Origin: Phycisphaerae bacterium
Lineage (GTDB): Bacteria; Planctomycetota; Phycisphaerae; UBA1845
Direction of reading: 5' to 3'
Assembly: GCA_963666835.2 (NCBI GenBank)
Contig: CAXXGO010000006.1
Span: forward strand, 1,312,001 to 1,376,000
DNA: 64,000 nt
The notes beneath the pieces are model-generated. The model did not search any database. It was not told where the DNA came from and worked only from the letters and a program-made list of their open reading frames with translations. Positions 31,542 to 41,272 of the stretch are shown here, in pieces (positions within the stretch are counted from its first letter, which is position 1; each line of letters opens with the position of its first letter). The translations under genes and the position numbers were made by a program.

Positions 31542-32327
31542 TCACATTCGCTTGCGCGGGCGGCCTCCAACTGTCGCGGCCACGAACTGGAGAATACCCT
31601 GTCTCTCGAAGACGATCGTACCGATGGCAAGCAAGCCTATCGCCATGGCGATCATACCCCATGCGGACGAAGTCGGGATCGACGGTCCGAGGACGGTGAA
31701 GACTATTTCGGCGTTGCCCGTATCCGTCGTAGCCTCAACGGCTGGGGATGCGTCCGGAGACGCATTGACCTGCGAAAACACGGTGGCCGAGATGTCGCCC
31801 AGAGAGAGCGTGTACTCACCACCGATGTGCGGCGCGGAAAAAGAGCCGCTGGCCAGGATGACCCCACCGCTTTGACCGACCCCGAAGACCACCGTTGCGC
31901 TCTCGGCGATACCGGAACCTGCGGGCAAAGCGGCGCCCGCGTTGTTCTGGGCACCACCAATCTGCCGGAGGTTCATAGCGCCGGCGGTTCCGCGTTGCAG
32001 CCCGATATACCCGGTTGAAGAACCGGACTCGCCGGGATTACAGATGCCGTTAGGCAGGCTGAAGTTGGCCATGGCCGTGGGTACGTCGTCGGCTGATGGG
32101 AGATCGAGAAACGCAGGGTTGGCTTCATCCTGCTCAAGATCCACCAGCAGTGACGCCAACCCGGCGTTGTCTCCTGTCGACACGGCGAAGGAGATGGCCC
32201 AGTCGATTGTGGCGCCCGCCGCTACTACCTCGCCGTCACGTGACGAGTCGAGCGTTACGGTAACGGTCTGTTGCGCGCCGGCCGCGACAATAAGCGATGC
32301 CACTTCCAGGATTACTAATGCACTCAA
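31542..32327 (-). CDS. secreted cohesin-like beta-sandwich protein with IPTL-CTERM
   Basis: Signal peptide, GATIDWAISFAVSTGDNAGLASLLVDL and C-terminal SIPTSSAWGM-TM. Confidence 0.75.
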   Translation of the reverse strand: MSALVILEVASLIVAAGAQQTVTVTLDSSRDGEVVAAGATIDWAISFAVSTGDNAGLASLLVDLEQDEANPAFLDLPSADDVPTAMANFSLPNGICNPGESGSSTGYIGLQRGTAGAMNLRQIGGAQNNAGAALPAGSGIAESATVVFGVGQSGGVILASGSFSAPHIGGEYTLSLGDISATVFSQVNASPDASPAVEATTDTGNAEIVFTVLGPSIPTSSAWGMIAMAIGLLAIGTIVFERQGILQFVAATVGGRPRKRM

Positions 32328-32407
32328 TATCGACCCTCCTGTATCTTATGCCCGTCAGGCTTCTGACAGCGTTTGCCGCGCTGCCGAGGCCTGCGCCGGG
32401 TGCGGTG

Positions 32408-34798
32408 TTACTGCGCATTTACGTTCGTAACGATACTGTACGTCGTAAACGTGTTGGTTTTGGTTCCGGGAGAATACGTTCCACCTTGGTACAATCCGTC
32501 CGTAACAGTGCCGGTTGAGCTACCTGCGCGATACAGATCGTACGACGTACCGGACACCAGGTCCGGTGAAGAAACAACGAGCGAGCGATACATCTTCGAC
32601 GGAGCAAAAGTCACGATTTCGCTGCCGCCGGATGTGGTTTCAATATGAGCCAACGTGCCCGCCGACTTCCACTGACTATAGGTGATCTTCACGGAACGCT
32701 GCGATGATGACGAACTGGGGGCTTCCGCCATTCCGGCGCTGCCTGCGGCCACGAGGAACCCGCCGCTGATGTTAAACGTCCCGTCATAATCCAGCGCGCC
32801 GTTCATGTCGCCGGTTGGACCGTGAACGATGACGGTACCACCGGTCATCACAATGTCGCCGTTCACGTCGATGCCGTCTCCGTCGGCATAGACCGCAATG
32901 TAGCCGCCGTTGATGTAGAGAGTATGGTCGCCCGGCGGCGGTGGCGGCGGGCCGCCGGACCCATCGCCTCCGGCACCGTTAATGCCGTCATCGCTCGACG
33001 TCACCCTGATGGTGCCGTCGTTGATGGTGACATCCGCACCTTCGATACCTTCATAGGAGTCCGTAACAATGATCGTACCGCCGTTGATTTCAACCAGCTC
33101 ATCGGCGTGGACCGCGTCATCCCCGGTGGCAATGGTGAGCGTGCCGGTGTTGATGGTTACGTCGGCATTAGAGTGGATGCCGTCGTCGGCGCAATCGAGG
33201 GTGAACGTGCCGCCTCCGATTACAACGCTCACCAGACCCTTGATACCCTTGGCCGACACATCCTCAGGAAGAGTCGCATTGTGTCCGCCGCCCGACGTAA
33301 TGTCGAAGTCGCCGCCGGTGATCAAAACGTCGGTTTCAGCCGCCAGGCCATCGCCGCCGGAGGTGATGCTGAAGGTCCCACCTTCTATCGCGATGTATCC
33401 GAGTTCGGCGTCTTCATCGTTGTCGGATTTCAACGCATCGCCCTCGGCCGTGACGGTGATGTCACCGTCCTGGATCAGCAGGTAGTCCTTACCGCGGATG
33501 CCGTCGTCGGCCGCAATCACGGTAATCGTTCCGCCGGTGATGGTAAGTTCATCCTTGCTGGTGATTGCGTCGTTGTAGTTGCCGTGCACGGTCAGCGATC
33601 CGGAACCCGAAATCAGCATCGTGTCCTTACTGAACAGAGCCGCATTGGGCTCGTCTTCCTCCGGATCCTCGTACACGTACGTAGTGGCGTCGTACAGGTA
33701 GTTGTTGGTCTGATCGGGTAGGATAACCTCTACATCGCCGGCGTTCATTACGTAGATGGGCGCGTTGGTGGAGTTGGTGATATTAACTCCGTTCAGAACC
33801 ATTTCAACGAATCCGCCGGACGCAGCGTTCACGACGATTTGGCCATCGCTCAGCGTGCCGGTGATGTTGTACGTGCCGTAAGATGTGATCGTAGCAGTCG
33901 TACCGTCAACGGTTACGCCGCTTCCCTCGACGGTTATCGAGCTGCCGTTCAGAATGATGTTCGCGCCCCCGGGCGTTTCTCCTGAGTCGTGTCCGCACGA
34001 GGGATCGGCCGGTTCACCGGCACCGCTTACACACACCTGGAACACCGCGACATAGTCGGACATGTCCAAATCGCCATCTTCGTCGTAATCAACAGCGAGG
34101 AAGCCCTCGGCATCCGGCGTCAGGGTACAACCGGCCGGAAGCGGATCGTACGACACGTCCGGTCCGGTTATGCACGCGTTGAACACCGCGAAGTCATCAA
34201 GATCCACATCGCCATCTTCGTCGAGATCGCTCGCGGCATAACCAACGATGCGCCCCGGACTGGCAATATCGCCCCCGGCAGACATCCACGAACCGAACGA
34301 ATCTCCAACGGTGGCCAGGGTCCAGTCCGTCTGCGCGACCGTATCGCCGTAGTCGGTATCCGGCACGTTACAGCTTGCATTCTGAGTTCGGGGAGTCCCG
34401 GGATAGGTCTCGTCGCCGAATGCCAGTTGGTCGATCAGGGTATCGCCGGCATCATAGAGGTTGATCTGATCGTCACGACCGAGATTAGCCGCCAGCTCGC
34501 CGATGATGTCGACTCCCGTAAGGCCCCAGGCCGTGGCAAAGTCCGCCGCGACCGCCTCCGTCAGAATAACCGACTCCCCGGAATTAACCACGCCGAAAGC
34601 GCTTAAGTCCACGGTTCCGGGAATCTGGCTACTATCGTCGAAGCTCCAACCGGACATATCCACTGACGCGGGCCCGGTATTCGTGAATTCGATGAACTCG
34701 CCGTTCGTACCGCTGTACATCCACTCGGATATCACTATGTCGCCGGACGCCGCCAAGGTAAGCGACATGACAACACCAATCGCGATCAGATGCCTCAT
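32408..34798 (-). CDS. secreted lamin-tail + dockerin-like + Cthe_2159-like beta-helix protein
   Basis: ISEWMY..GEFIEFTN lamin-tail domain, DLDEDGDVDLDDF / DYDEDGDLDMSDY loops, then GGTITV..DDGI repeats and DGIDVNG..GALDYD. Confidence 0.85.
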   Translation of the reverse strand: MRHLIAIGVVMSLTLAASGDIVISEWMYSGTNGEFIEFTNTGPASVDMSGWSFDDSSQIPGTVDLSAFGVVNSGESVILTEAVAADFATAWGLTGVDIIGELAANLGRDDQINLYDAGDTLIDQLAFGDETYPGTPRTQNASCNVPDTDYGDTVAQTDWTLATVGDSFGSWMSAGGDIASPGRIVGYAASDLDEDGDVDLDDFAVFNACITGPDVSYDPLPAGCTLTPDAEGFLAVDYDEDGDLDMSDYVAVFQVCVSGAGEPADPSCGHDSGETPGGANIILNGSSITVEGSGVTVDGTTATITSYGTYNITGTLSDGQIVVNAASGGFVEMVLNGVNITNSTNAPIYVMNAGDVEVILPDQTNNYLYDATTYVYEDPEEDEPNAALFSKDTMLISGSGSLTVHGNYNDAITSKDELTITGGTITVIAADDGIRGKDYLLIQDGDITVTAEGDALKSDNDEDAELGYIAIEGGTFSITSGGDGLAAETDVLITGGDFDITSGGGHNATLPEDVSAKGIKGLVSVVIGGGTFTLDCADDGIHSNADVTINTGTLTIATGDDAVHADELVEINGGTIIVTDSYEGIEGADVTINDGTIRVTSSDDGINGAGGDGSGGPPPPPPGDHTLYINGGYIAVYADGDGIDVNGDIVMTGGTVIVHGPTGDMNGALDYDGTFNISGGFLVAAGSAGMAEAPSSSSSQRSVKITYSQWKSAGTLAHIETTSGGSEIVTFAPSKMYRSLVVSSPDLVSGTSYDLYRAGSSTGTVTDGLYQGGTYSPGTKTNTFTTYSIVTNVNAQ

Positions 34799-34915
34799 AA
34801 CTCCCCTCTCTCTTTCTACACACGCTTGGAATACACCCGGAGCCCTTCCAGGTGACTCCCCGTTCCCCTCTCCGCAATCCCGCGTGCCTTTGCCGCGCGG
34901 ATCAAGCGTCCCTCA

Positions 34916-37654
34916 TTACGATGCCGACCGGTGGCGGAGGCCGAAGCACAGCTTTCCAACCGTCAGCAGCAATAGCGCCAAAACCGCCAAGCCCCATTCA
35001 GATACGGTGGGAATCGCGCTTACGCATTCGGGTCCGAACACCGCATCATCCACCCCGGGGCAGAAATCACAAAGATCTACAACACCGTCGCCGTCCGAAT
35101 CGTCTCCGCACGCAACGGCCATTCCGTTGAACACCCCGCCGAGGCTCTCACAGGTTGCCGCCAGGACATCGTCGCGGCAGCTCTGATTCTCGAGACAACA
35201 CGCCCCACAGAGCTCGTTATCGAAGTGCGTACAGTAGACGTTCTCACCATCACACACATCGCTCGTACACTCGTTGCCATCGTCGCTGCAGGGCGTTCCC
35301 GAGGACATCGTACTGTCATCCGGGCAGACGCCGTCGGACCCGCTGCAGAACTCGGCCGGGTCGCACTCGCCGGCCGATGCACGACACTCCGTCGTGTTCG
35401 GCTCAACGACGTCGGCCGGGCAGTCGACGGATACGCCGTCGCAGAACTCGGTTATATCGCAATCACCCACTGCGGCCCGACACTCGGTTGTATCCGGCTC
35501 CACCACGTCGGCGGGGCAGTCAACGGAGGCGCCATCACAGAACTCGGCTACGTCGCAATCACCCGGCGCGGCCCGACACTCCGTGGTGCTGGGCTCCATC
35601 TCGTCGGCGGGGCAATCGGCGGATGCACCGTCGCAGGCTTCGGCTACGTCGCAATCGCCCACTGCCGCCCGACACTCCGTGCCGGCAGCCACAAACACAC
35701 AGACAGCGGTGCAACAGTCGCCCCCGTCGCAATCTTCGCCCGGGTCGACCCGACCGTTGCCGCAGATCTCGCAAGCGACGAGATTGAACGTGCCGGGGTT
35801 GCCGAAATCGCCGCTCGCCGACGCAAAGCAGTTTTGCAGATCGCCGGGGTACGACAGGAACCAGTCGGCGATCGCGTTGTTGCCGGCCGCATCCTCACAT
35901 GGCCAACCGCTGGCGTCCTTAGTGCGGATGGTGCCGGGGAAGTCCTCGTCACCGTACGTGAGGCGATCGATGAGAATACCCGAACTATCGTAGAGGTTGA
36001 TCTCATCGTTGCGTCCGAGGCCCGCGCTCGAACCACCGATGATCTTCACCCCCGTAAGACCCCAATCAGCTTCGAAGGCGGCGGCGTCACCGTCGGTCAG
36101 AATGACGGACTCACCAGCGGCGACTATCCCAAACGCACTGAGATCAACCGTGCCCGGAGTATCACTGTCATCATCATAGCTCCAGCCGGTCAGGTCGACG
36201 GGATTGCTGTCCAGGTTCGTGAATTCAACAAACTCATCGCCGTTTCCGCTGTACAGATACTCGGTGATCCGGATGTTCCCGTCGGCCGGAGCGGGGCACG
36301 TGAAAGTGCTGCAATCCGTGGAATCACCCTGATAGAACTTCTCGGCCATAAGGCACGCCGTCGCGGTCACGTCCGTGCAGAAGCCAACGTCGTCGCAACA
36401 TGCTCCGGTAGGCGTGGTCGTACAATCGTGGTCGACGTAGATGCCGGGACTGCCCACGTCGCCGTCGCTCGATGTGAAGGAACTCTGCGAGTCTCCCACA
36501 GACGCGTAGAGCCATTCCGCGATGTTGTCGGCCCCAACAGCCGTGTTGCACGGCCATCCGCTCAGCTCATTCGTCCGGATCGTCCCGGGGTAGTCTTCAT
36601 CACCGTAAGTCAGGCGATCCACCAAGGTTGCCGAGCTGTCATAGACGTTTATCTGGTCGTTTCGCCCTAGTGCAGCGGCACTATTGCCTATGATCTGAAC
36701 GCCGGTCAGCCCCCACGCCGAAGCGAAAGTAGCGGCATCTCCGTCCGTAACGATTACCGACTCCCCAGGGGAGACCGTCCCGAAGGCGCTGAGATCAACC
36801 GTGCCCGCCACGTCGCTGTCATCGTCGAGACTCCATCCAGTCATGTCGATGGGGTTGGCATCAAGGTTGGTAAGCTCGATGAACTCGTCACCTGACCCTT
36901 TGTACATGAACTCCGTGATGCGGATCACGCCCGTTGACGGAGCGGGGCAGGTGGTTGTAGCACAATCAGTACCGTCTCCCTCATAGACCCCACCGATCAG
37001 GACGCAGTCCACCTGAAGCCCCTCAGTGCAGTTTCCGGTCAGACAACAGGCGCCTTCCGATGGCGCTCCGCAACTGACTTCCGTGAGGCTACCCGGACTT
37101 CCAAGATCGCCGCTCGCGGAGAAGTAGGACGCTTGCGCATCCGCATCAGCCGAGAGGTTCCACTGATAGATGTTGTTCAGACCAAGCGACTCTGAGCAGG
37201 GCCACGCACTGGCGTCGTTCGTGCGTTCGGAACCGGGGAAGTCCTCGTCCCCGTATGTCAGACGATCGACCAGCGCATCCGTGTCATCATACAGGTTGAT
37301 CTCGTCGTTCCTGCCGAGACCCGCGGAAGAGCGCGCAATCACGTCGACGGCAGCGCCGAGGCTCCAATCGGCTACGAACGTCGCGGCATCGTCGGCGTCC
37401 GTCAGAATGACCGACTCACCCGGATCGAGCACCCCGAAGGCGCTTAGGTCCACCGTCCCAGGCACGCGGCTGTTATCGTCGAAACTCCACCCGGCCATGT
37501 CCACCTGGGTCGCGCCGGTGTTCGTAAACTCGACGAACTCCGCACCGTTGCCCGAGTACATGTACTCCGTGATACGAACCTGTCCCTGTGCGGCCGTCGC
37601 TACACCGAACCACACTGCCGTCACGGCCACCATCACCTTTGTGCTATGCGACAT
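34916..37654 (-). CDS. secreted protein with three lamin-tail domains, disintegrin-like repeats and IPTL-CTERM
   Basis: 3 x RITE(Y/F).Y.G..EF.E.TN, GACC linkers, CGNGRVDPGEDCD followed by 4 x ECRA..G(D/E)CD..E.C.G, and AIPTVSEWGL-TM. Confidence 0.88.
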   Translation of the reverse strand: MSHSTKVMVAVTAVWFGVATAAQGQVRITEYMYSGNGAEFVEFTNTGATQVDMAGWSFDDNSRVPGTVDLSAFGVLDPGESVILTDADDAATFVADWSLGAAVDVIARSSAGLGRNDEINLYDDTDALVDRLTYGDEDFPGSERTNDASAWPCSESLGLNNIYQWNLSADADAQASYFSASGDLGSPGSLTEVSCGAPSEGACCLTGNCTEGLQVDCVLIGGVYEGDGTDCATTTCPAPSTGVIRITEFMYKGSGDEFIELTNLDANPIDMTGWSLDDDSDVAGTVDLSAFGTVSPGESVIVTDGDAATFASAWGLTGVQIIGNSAAALGRNDQINVYDSSATLVDRLTYGDEDYPGTIRTNELSGWPCNTAVGADNIAEWLYASVGDSQSSFTSSDGDVGSPGIYVDHDCTTTPTGACCDDVGFCTDVTATACLMAEKFYQGDSTDCSTFTCPAPADGNIRITEYLYSGNGDEFVEFTNLDSNPVDLTGWSYDDDSDTPGTVDLSAFGIVAAGESVILTDGDAAAFEADWGLTGVKIIGGSSAGLGRNDEINLYDSSGILIDRLTYGDEDFPGTIRTKDASGWPCEDAAGNNAIADWFLSYPGDLQNCFASASGDFGNPGTFNLVACEICGNGRVDPGEDCDGGDCCTAVCVFVAAGTECRAAVGDCDVAEACDGASADCPADEMEPSTTECRAAPGDCDVAEFCDGASVDCPADVVEPDTTECRAAVGDCDITEFCDGVSVDCPADVVEPNTTECRASAGECDPAEFCSGSDGVCPDDSTMSSGTPCSDDGNECTSDVCDGENVYCTHFDNELCGACCLENQSCRDDVLAATCESLGGVFNGMAVACGDDSDGDGVVDLCDFCPGVDDAVFGPECVSAIPTVSEWGLAVLALLLLTVGKLCFGLRHRSAS

Positions 37655-38127
37655 GCTTCTATCCTCTCCGCATGTACCTCGTAACTTCCGTGGACCTGTA
37701 TGGAGTGCAGTTACACACTTTCCCCTGTTCGAACGTCCGGCCGGAGGTCTCCCCGACCGTTGCCCCGGCGTAATATGACAGCGCTAGGCTAGGATGCGAC
37801 TACCTCCAGCACCGTCGAAACAGTCGGTGATCGACGGAGCGAGATTGCCCAGAGTGTCAGGATCCACCGACCTGGCGCTGTCATGCCAGCCCGCCTGGAC
37901 AATCGTCCAACCAAACATCATAGGGTTCATGTTAACCACCAGACCTCGAAGGACCGTGTGAGATTACGCAAAGTCCTGCAAAGATCCCTTTGCGCTTCTT
38001 TGCGCTTCTGGAGTTGCGAGCATCGCGACCGCAGCGACAACGCTCTGCGAGCACGCGATACAACAGGCCGAGCGGGGAATCACCATCCTAGCGTTATCGG
38101 GCGGTCAACTGGTTGCTCACCACCGAA

Positions 38128-38613
38128 TCACCCTTCGAATGCGCGCCGGCCGCGCTGCTGAGCGGTTGTCTCACTGATTCGATCCAGCCACCCGGAGCGG
38201 GCGTCGTCGCGGGTATCAAAACGGACTATGTACGGCTTGATGTCCAGCAGCGGTGTGTTGTCGAGGATGTCCACGTCTTCGATGTGCAGCGCGCAGCCCT
38301 CGCGGCGGACCAATCGCACCAGGCTCAAGCCGATCGGATTGGGGCGGGACGGTGCCCGCGTCGCAAAAACGCCGCGCGGCACATCCTCCAGAAACGGCTT
38401 CACCGTCAGTCTTACGGCGTCGGTACGGTCGAACAGGTAAAAAAGCCAGATATGCGAAAAGCCGTCCAGGTCCGCCAGTCCTTCCTCATACGCTGCGTCG
38501 ACCTCGACCTTGCCCGGAATTCCCGTTGCGAAGGACGGCTGAATGGGGGTGTGCTCGGACGCCGTGTGCGGACTGCGAATGATCCCGATCGGACGCAGGG
38601 AGATTTCGTTCAC
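38128..38613 (-). CDS. tsaA: TrmO/TsaA-family SAM-binding protein
   Basis: PIGIIRSP, GVFATRAPSRPNPIGLS and DNTPLLDIKPY motifs. Confidence 0.92.
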   Translation of the reverse strand: MNEISLRPIGIIRSPHTASEHTPIQPSFATGIPGKVEVDAAYEEGLADLDGFSHIWLFYLFDRTDAVRLTVKPFLEDVPRGVFATRAPSRPNPIGLSLVRLVRREGCALHIEDVDILDNTPLLDIKPYIVRFDTRDDARSGWLDRISETTAQQRGRRAFEG

Positions 38614-38932
38614 TTGGACACCTCAGGCATTAACGCAATCAACCGGCCACCATGTCCGCACGTCACCAGTTCCGGGCACGGATGCTCGGGGACAATCTCA
38701 CCCGGAACAAGGTGATGCAGCGGGCGTTGCGCTTGGTATATGACCTTATCGTCCGTCTCACGGCTATTCGAGTGCCTCCCCGTGCAAGATGCTCGATGCA
38801 TCGTTGGCCGGGATCGCTCCGTATCCTATACAGCGTGACAGCGGACGACTTACGCCTTGACGCTGGTTCTGTCAACCATCGGTTTCCAGCGTAACCGCGC
38901 CGTGAAGTGCGCCGTGCTTCACTCCACCACCG

Positions 38933-39901
38933 TCATCGGACCGTTGTCGCATGCCGCCGGACGAACGCGAGCGTTCCGGCCACCAGCACCAACAGTGACA
39001 TCACGATCATGCCCCACGTGGACACCGTCGGGACCGACTCGCCGCCGCTATACGAGATCTCCAGGTGCGGCTTCTGGGCCGGATTGCATGGAATCGTCTG
39101 GTCCTCGCACTCCTTGCTACGGAACTGATACACCGTGCTCCCGACGTCCGTCATGCCGGGGCCACCCTGCAGCTCATCGTTCAATCTGATCAAGAAGCCG
39201 TGATTGTCGTCTCCGTCGATCCAGGCCTGAACCTGTTCCGCAACGTCAAACTCGATCCACTCGCCCGGAAAGGACTCCCAGTCCGACTCCTGGCCGCCGG
39301 GAAAGGTCCAGTCGAGCGTATCACTGGCGATCCGCACGAGCTCGTCGTAATCCCCGCCGCCTCCGGCACTACCGTCGGGGCCGCTATAGTAAGGCGACGC
39401 GGCGTTCCATACATCGATGGAATTCCATTCGCCCTCTGTAGGATCCCCCGGATTCTCGGGATCATCAGAGTATCGCCAGTTGCTGCTACCCTCTGCCCAG
39501 GCATTGATCATTCTGTAAACGTCAACCGTTTGCGGGGTCTGAGGAGGAATCCAATGGCCGGTATGCCAGTAGATGCGCAATGCCGCTCCCTCAATGGTCG
39601 CGCCGCTCAACTCGGAAAGATCGAACCGCAGAGCCGCTCGGAAAGCCCGCGGGCCATACCCCCAGCCCCTCAGCCTCAGTTCCTGGTATGCCCCGGTAGG
39701 TCCGGTGCCGTTCTTCTGGCTCCAGCCACCCGGGCACGAACTCAGCCAGGTATCTGCCTCTGGTTCAAGCGTGACAGTCTCCGCCGTTGCTAAAGGTACG
39801 AATGCGCTTGCGAAAAGAACGATCGCGGCGTAAGCCCAGTGGAGCCTTGCCGGCGACTGTCGACGACACGCCCTCTTAACATGGTTCTGAATACGTTGCA
39901 T
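38933..39901 (-). CDS. secreted DNRLRE/CBM96-like protein with IPTL-CTERM
   Basis: EADTWLSSC, ALRFDLS, WAEGSSNW, FDVAEQVQAW, NHGFLI, FRSKE..PHLEISY and SVPTVSTWGM-TM. Confidence 0.82.
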   Translation of the reverse strand: MQRIQNHVKRACRRQSPARLHWAYAAIVLFASAFVPLATAETVTLEPEADTWLSSCPGGWSQKNGTGPTGAYQELRLRGWGYGPRAFRAALRFDLSELSGATIEGAALRIYWHTGHWIPPQTPQTVDVYRMINAWAEGSSNWRYSDDPENPGDPTEGEWNSIDVWNAASPYYSGPDGSAGGGGDYDELVRIASDTLDWTFPGGQESDWESFPGEWIEFDVAEQVQAWIDGDDNHGFLIRLNDELQGGPGMTDVGSTVYQFRSKECEDQTIPCNPAQKPHLEISYSGGESVPTVSTWGMIVMSLLVLVAGTLAFVRRHATTVR

Positions 39902-40057
39902 AACTACGCTTTCTTCTCAGTTGGTGCAATGATTGCTCTCTATTGCACATTAAGTCATTGTCCACGCGTCCGGGCCGCCGTCGCCCCGGCCCCTATCAGA
40001 TCCCCTCCGAAAAGCTCCCGTTCGCCGTGCCTATCACCGGCACCCGGCGTTTACGGT

Positions 40058-41260
40058 CTATTCACAACCGGCAGCTTTCGCGCCAAGCGCAGTCTCGAAC
40101 GCTACGAAATCTCTCAGATCCACATCGCCGTCATAGTCGCCGTCGAACGCTCCCAGGCACATGCTGTCGCAGGCTGCGAGCGGCGGCACGGGCGGCCCCT
40201 CCGGTCCGCCCATGCACTCGGCAAACCCGCGGTAGTCCGTCAAACCGACACCACCCGAGCCGCCGAAGTCCGGACCATCGATTTGCTCGCAGTCATCGGG
40301 AATCCGATTGGCGTTACAGTCCGGATTTTCACCGCATCCCGGAACATCACACATTCCGCCTGTCGAACCACACTCAATCTCACATTCATCCGGAATGCTG
40401 TTGGCGTTGCAGTCATAGAAAGTCACTTCGAGATACGGCTTCTCGTTCTCAAAACAACCCACCCCCTCCATAGTGCAGTCTTTGCTATAGAACTGATACA
40501 CGGTCGACCCACCACCGTCGGGCTCACTACGTAGCTTCAGCAGAAGACCATAAGCCTCCTCGCCACCGACCCACGCCTGGACCTGCTCGGTAACGTCGAA
40601 CTCGAGCCACTCGCCCGGAAAACTCAACCAAGCCGCCTCCGAACCGTCTGCAACCCACTCGAGAACGTCGCTGGCAACAACCACCGAAGAGTAGTCGCCA
40701 CCCCCGCCGGCCGCTCCTGCCGGCCCGCTCAAATATGGCGTCCAATCATCCCAGGACTCGACCGAATCCCACTCCACGGGATCGTCGCGGTACCGCCAGT
40801 TGCTGTTTCCCTCCACCCACGGCGTGGTCACCGCATGGACATCCACGGTCTTCTGTATGGTCGGCGTGGCCCAGTGGCCTGCATACCAGTGAATCCGCAT
40901 GGTGGCGCTCGCGATTCTCACCCCCGGCGCAAGCGTAGACAGATCAAAGCGAAGCGCCGACCGAAAGACCCGCGGGCCATAGTCCCAAGCCCGCAAGGCC
41001 AGTTCCTCGCTGTGTTCATCATCCGTGGGACAACCGTACTTTCCGTTCCATCCCGTTGGGCAGGAGTTGAACCATGTATCCGCCGCGGGAGCATACTCGA
41101 CATGCACAACCTGTCCTTCAACCGACTGCGCCACCCACAACGTCGTGGCAACCGCAAGTGCCGCGTGAATACCCCAGCATCGTATACGGCTCCGAATCGC
41201 CGTTGCACTGAAAAGCCACTCACAAACAATCATGAGCTTCACTTTCTTATGTATGTACAA
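40058..41260 (-). CDS. secreted DNRLRE/CBM96-like protein with dockerin-like C-terminus (start uncertain)
   Basis: AADTWFNSC, ALRFDLS, FDVTEQVQAW, PYLEVTF, DCNANxIPD repeats and DGDYDGDVDLRDF. Confidence 0.82.
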   Translation of the reverse strand: MYIHKKVKLMIVCEWLFSATAIRSRIRCWGIHAALAVATTLWVAQSVEGQVVHVEYAPAADTWFNSCPTGWNGKYGCPTDDEHSEELALRAWDYGPRVFRSALRFDLSTLAPGVRIASATMRIHWYAGHWATPTIQKTVDVHAVTTPWVEGNSNWRYRDDPVEWDSVESWDDWTPYLSGPAGAAGGGGDYSSVVVASDVLEWVADGSEAAWLSFPGEWLEFDVTEQVQAWVGGEEAYGLLLKLRSEPDGGGSTVYQFYSKDCTMEGVGCFENEKPYLEVTFYDCNANSIPDECEIECGSTGGMCDVPGCGENPDCNANRIPDDCEQIDGPDFGGSGGVGLTDYRGFAECMGGPEGPPVPPLAACDSMCLGAFDGDYDGDVDLRDFVAFETALGAKAAGCE

Positions 41261-41272
41261 AGTTCTGTGTTC

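Noticed and set aside
38610..38875. Two short ORFs (63 and 70 aa) between the DNRLRE gene and tsaA
   Set aside because: They overlap in different frames with no recognisable motif, and I cannot tell which, if either, is real.
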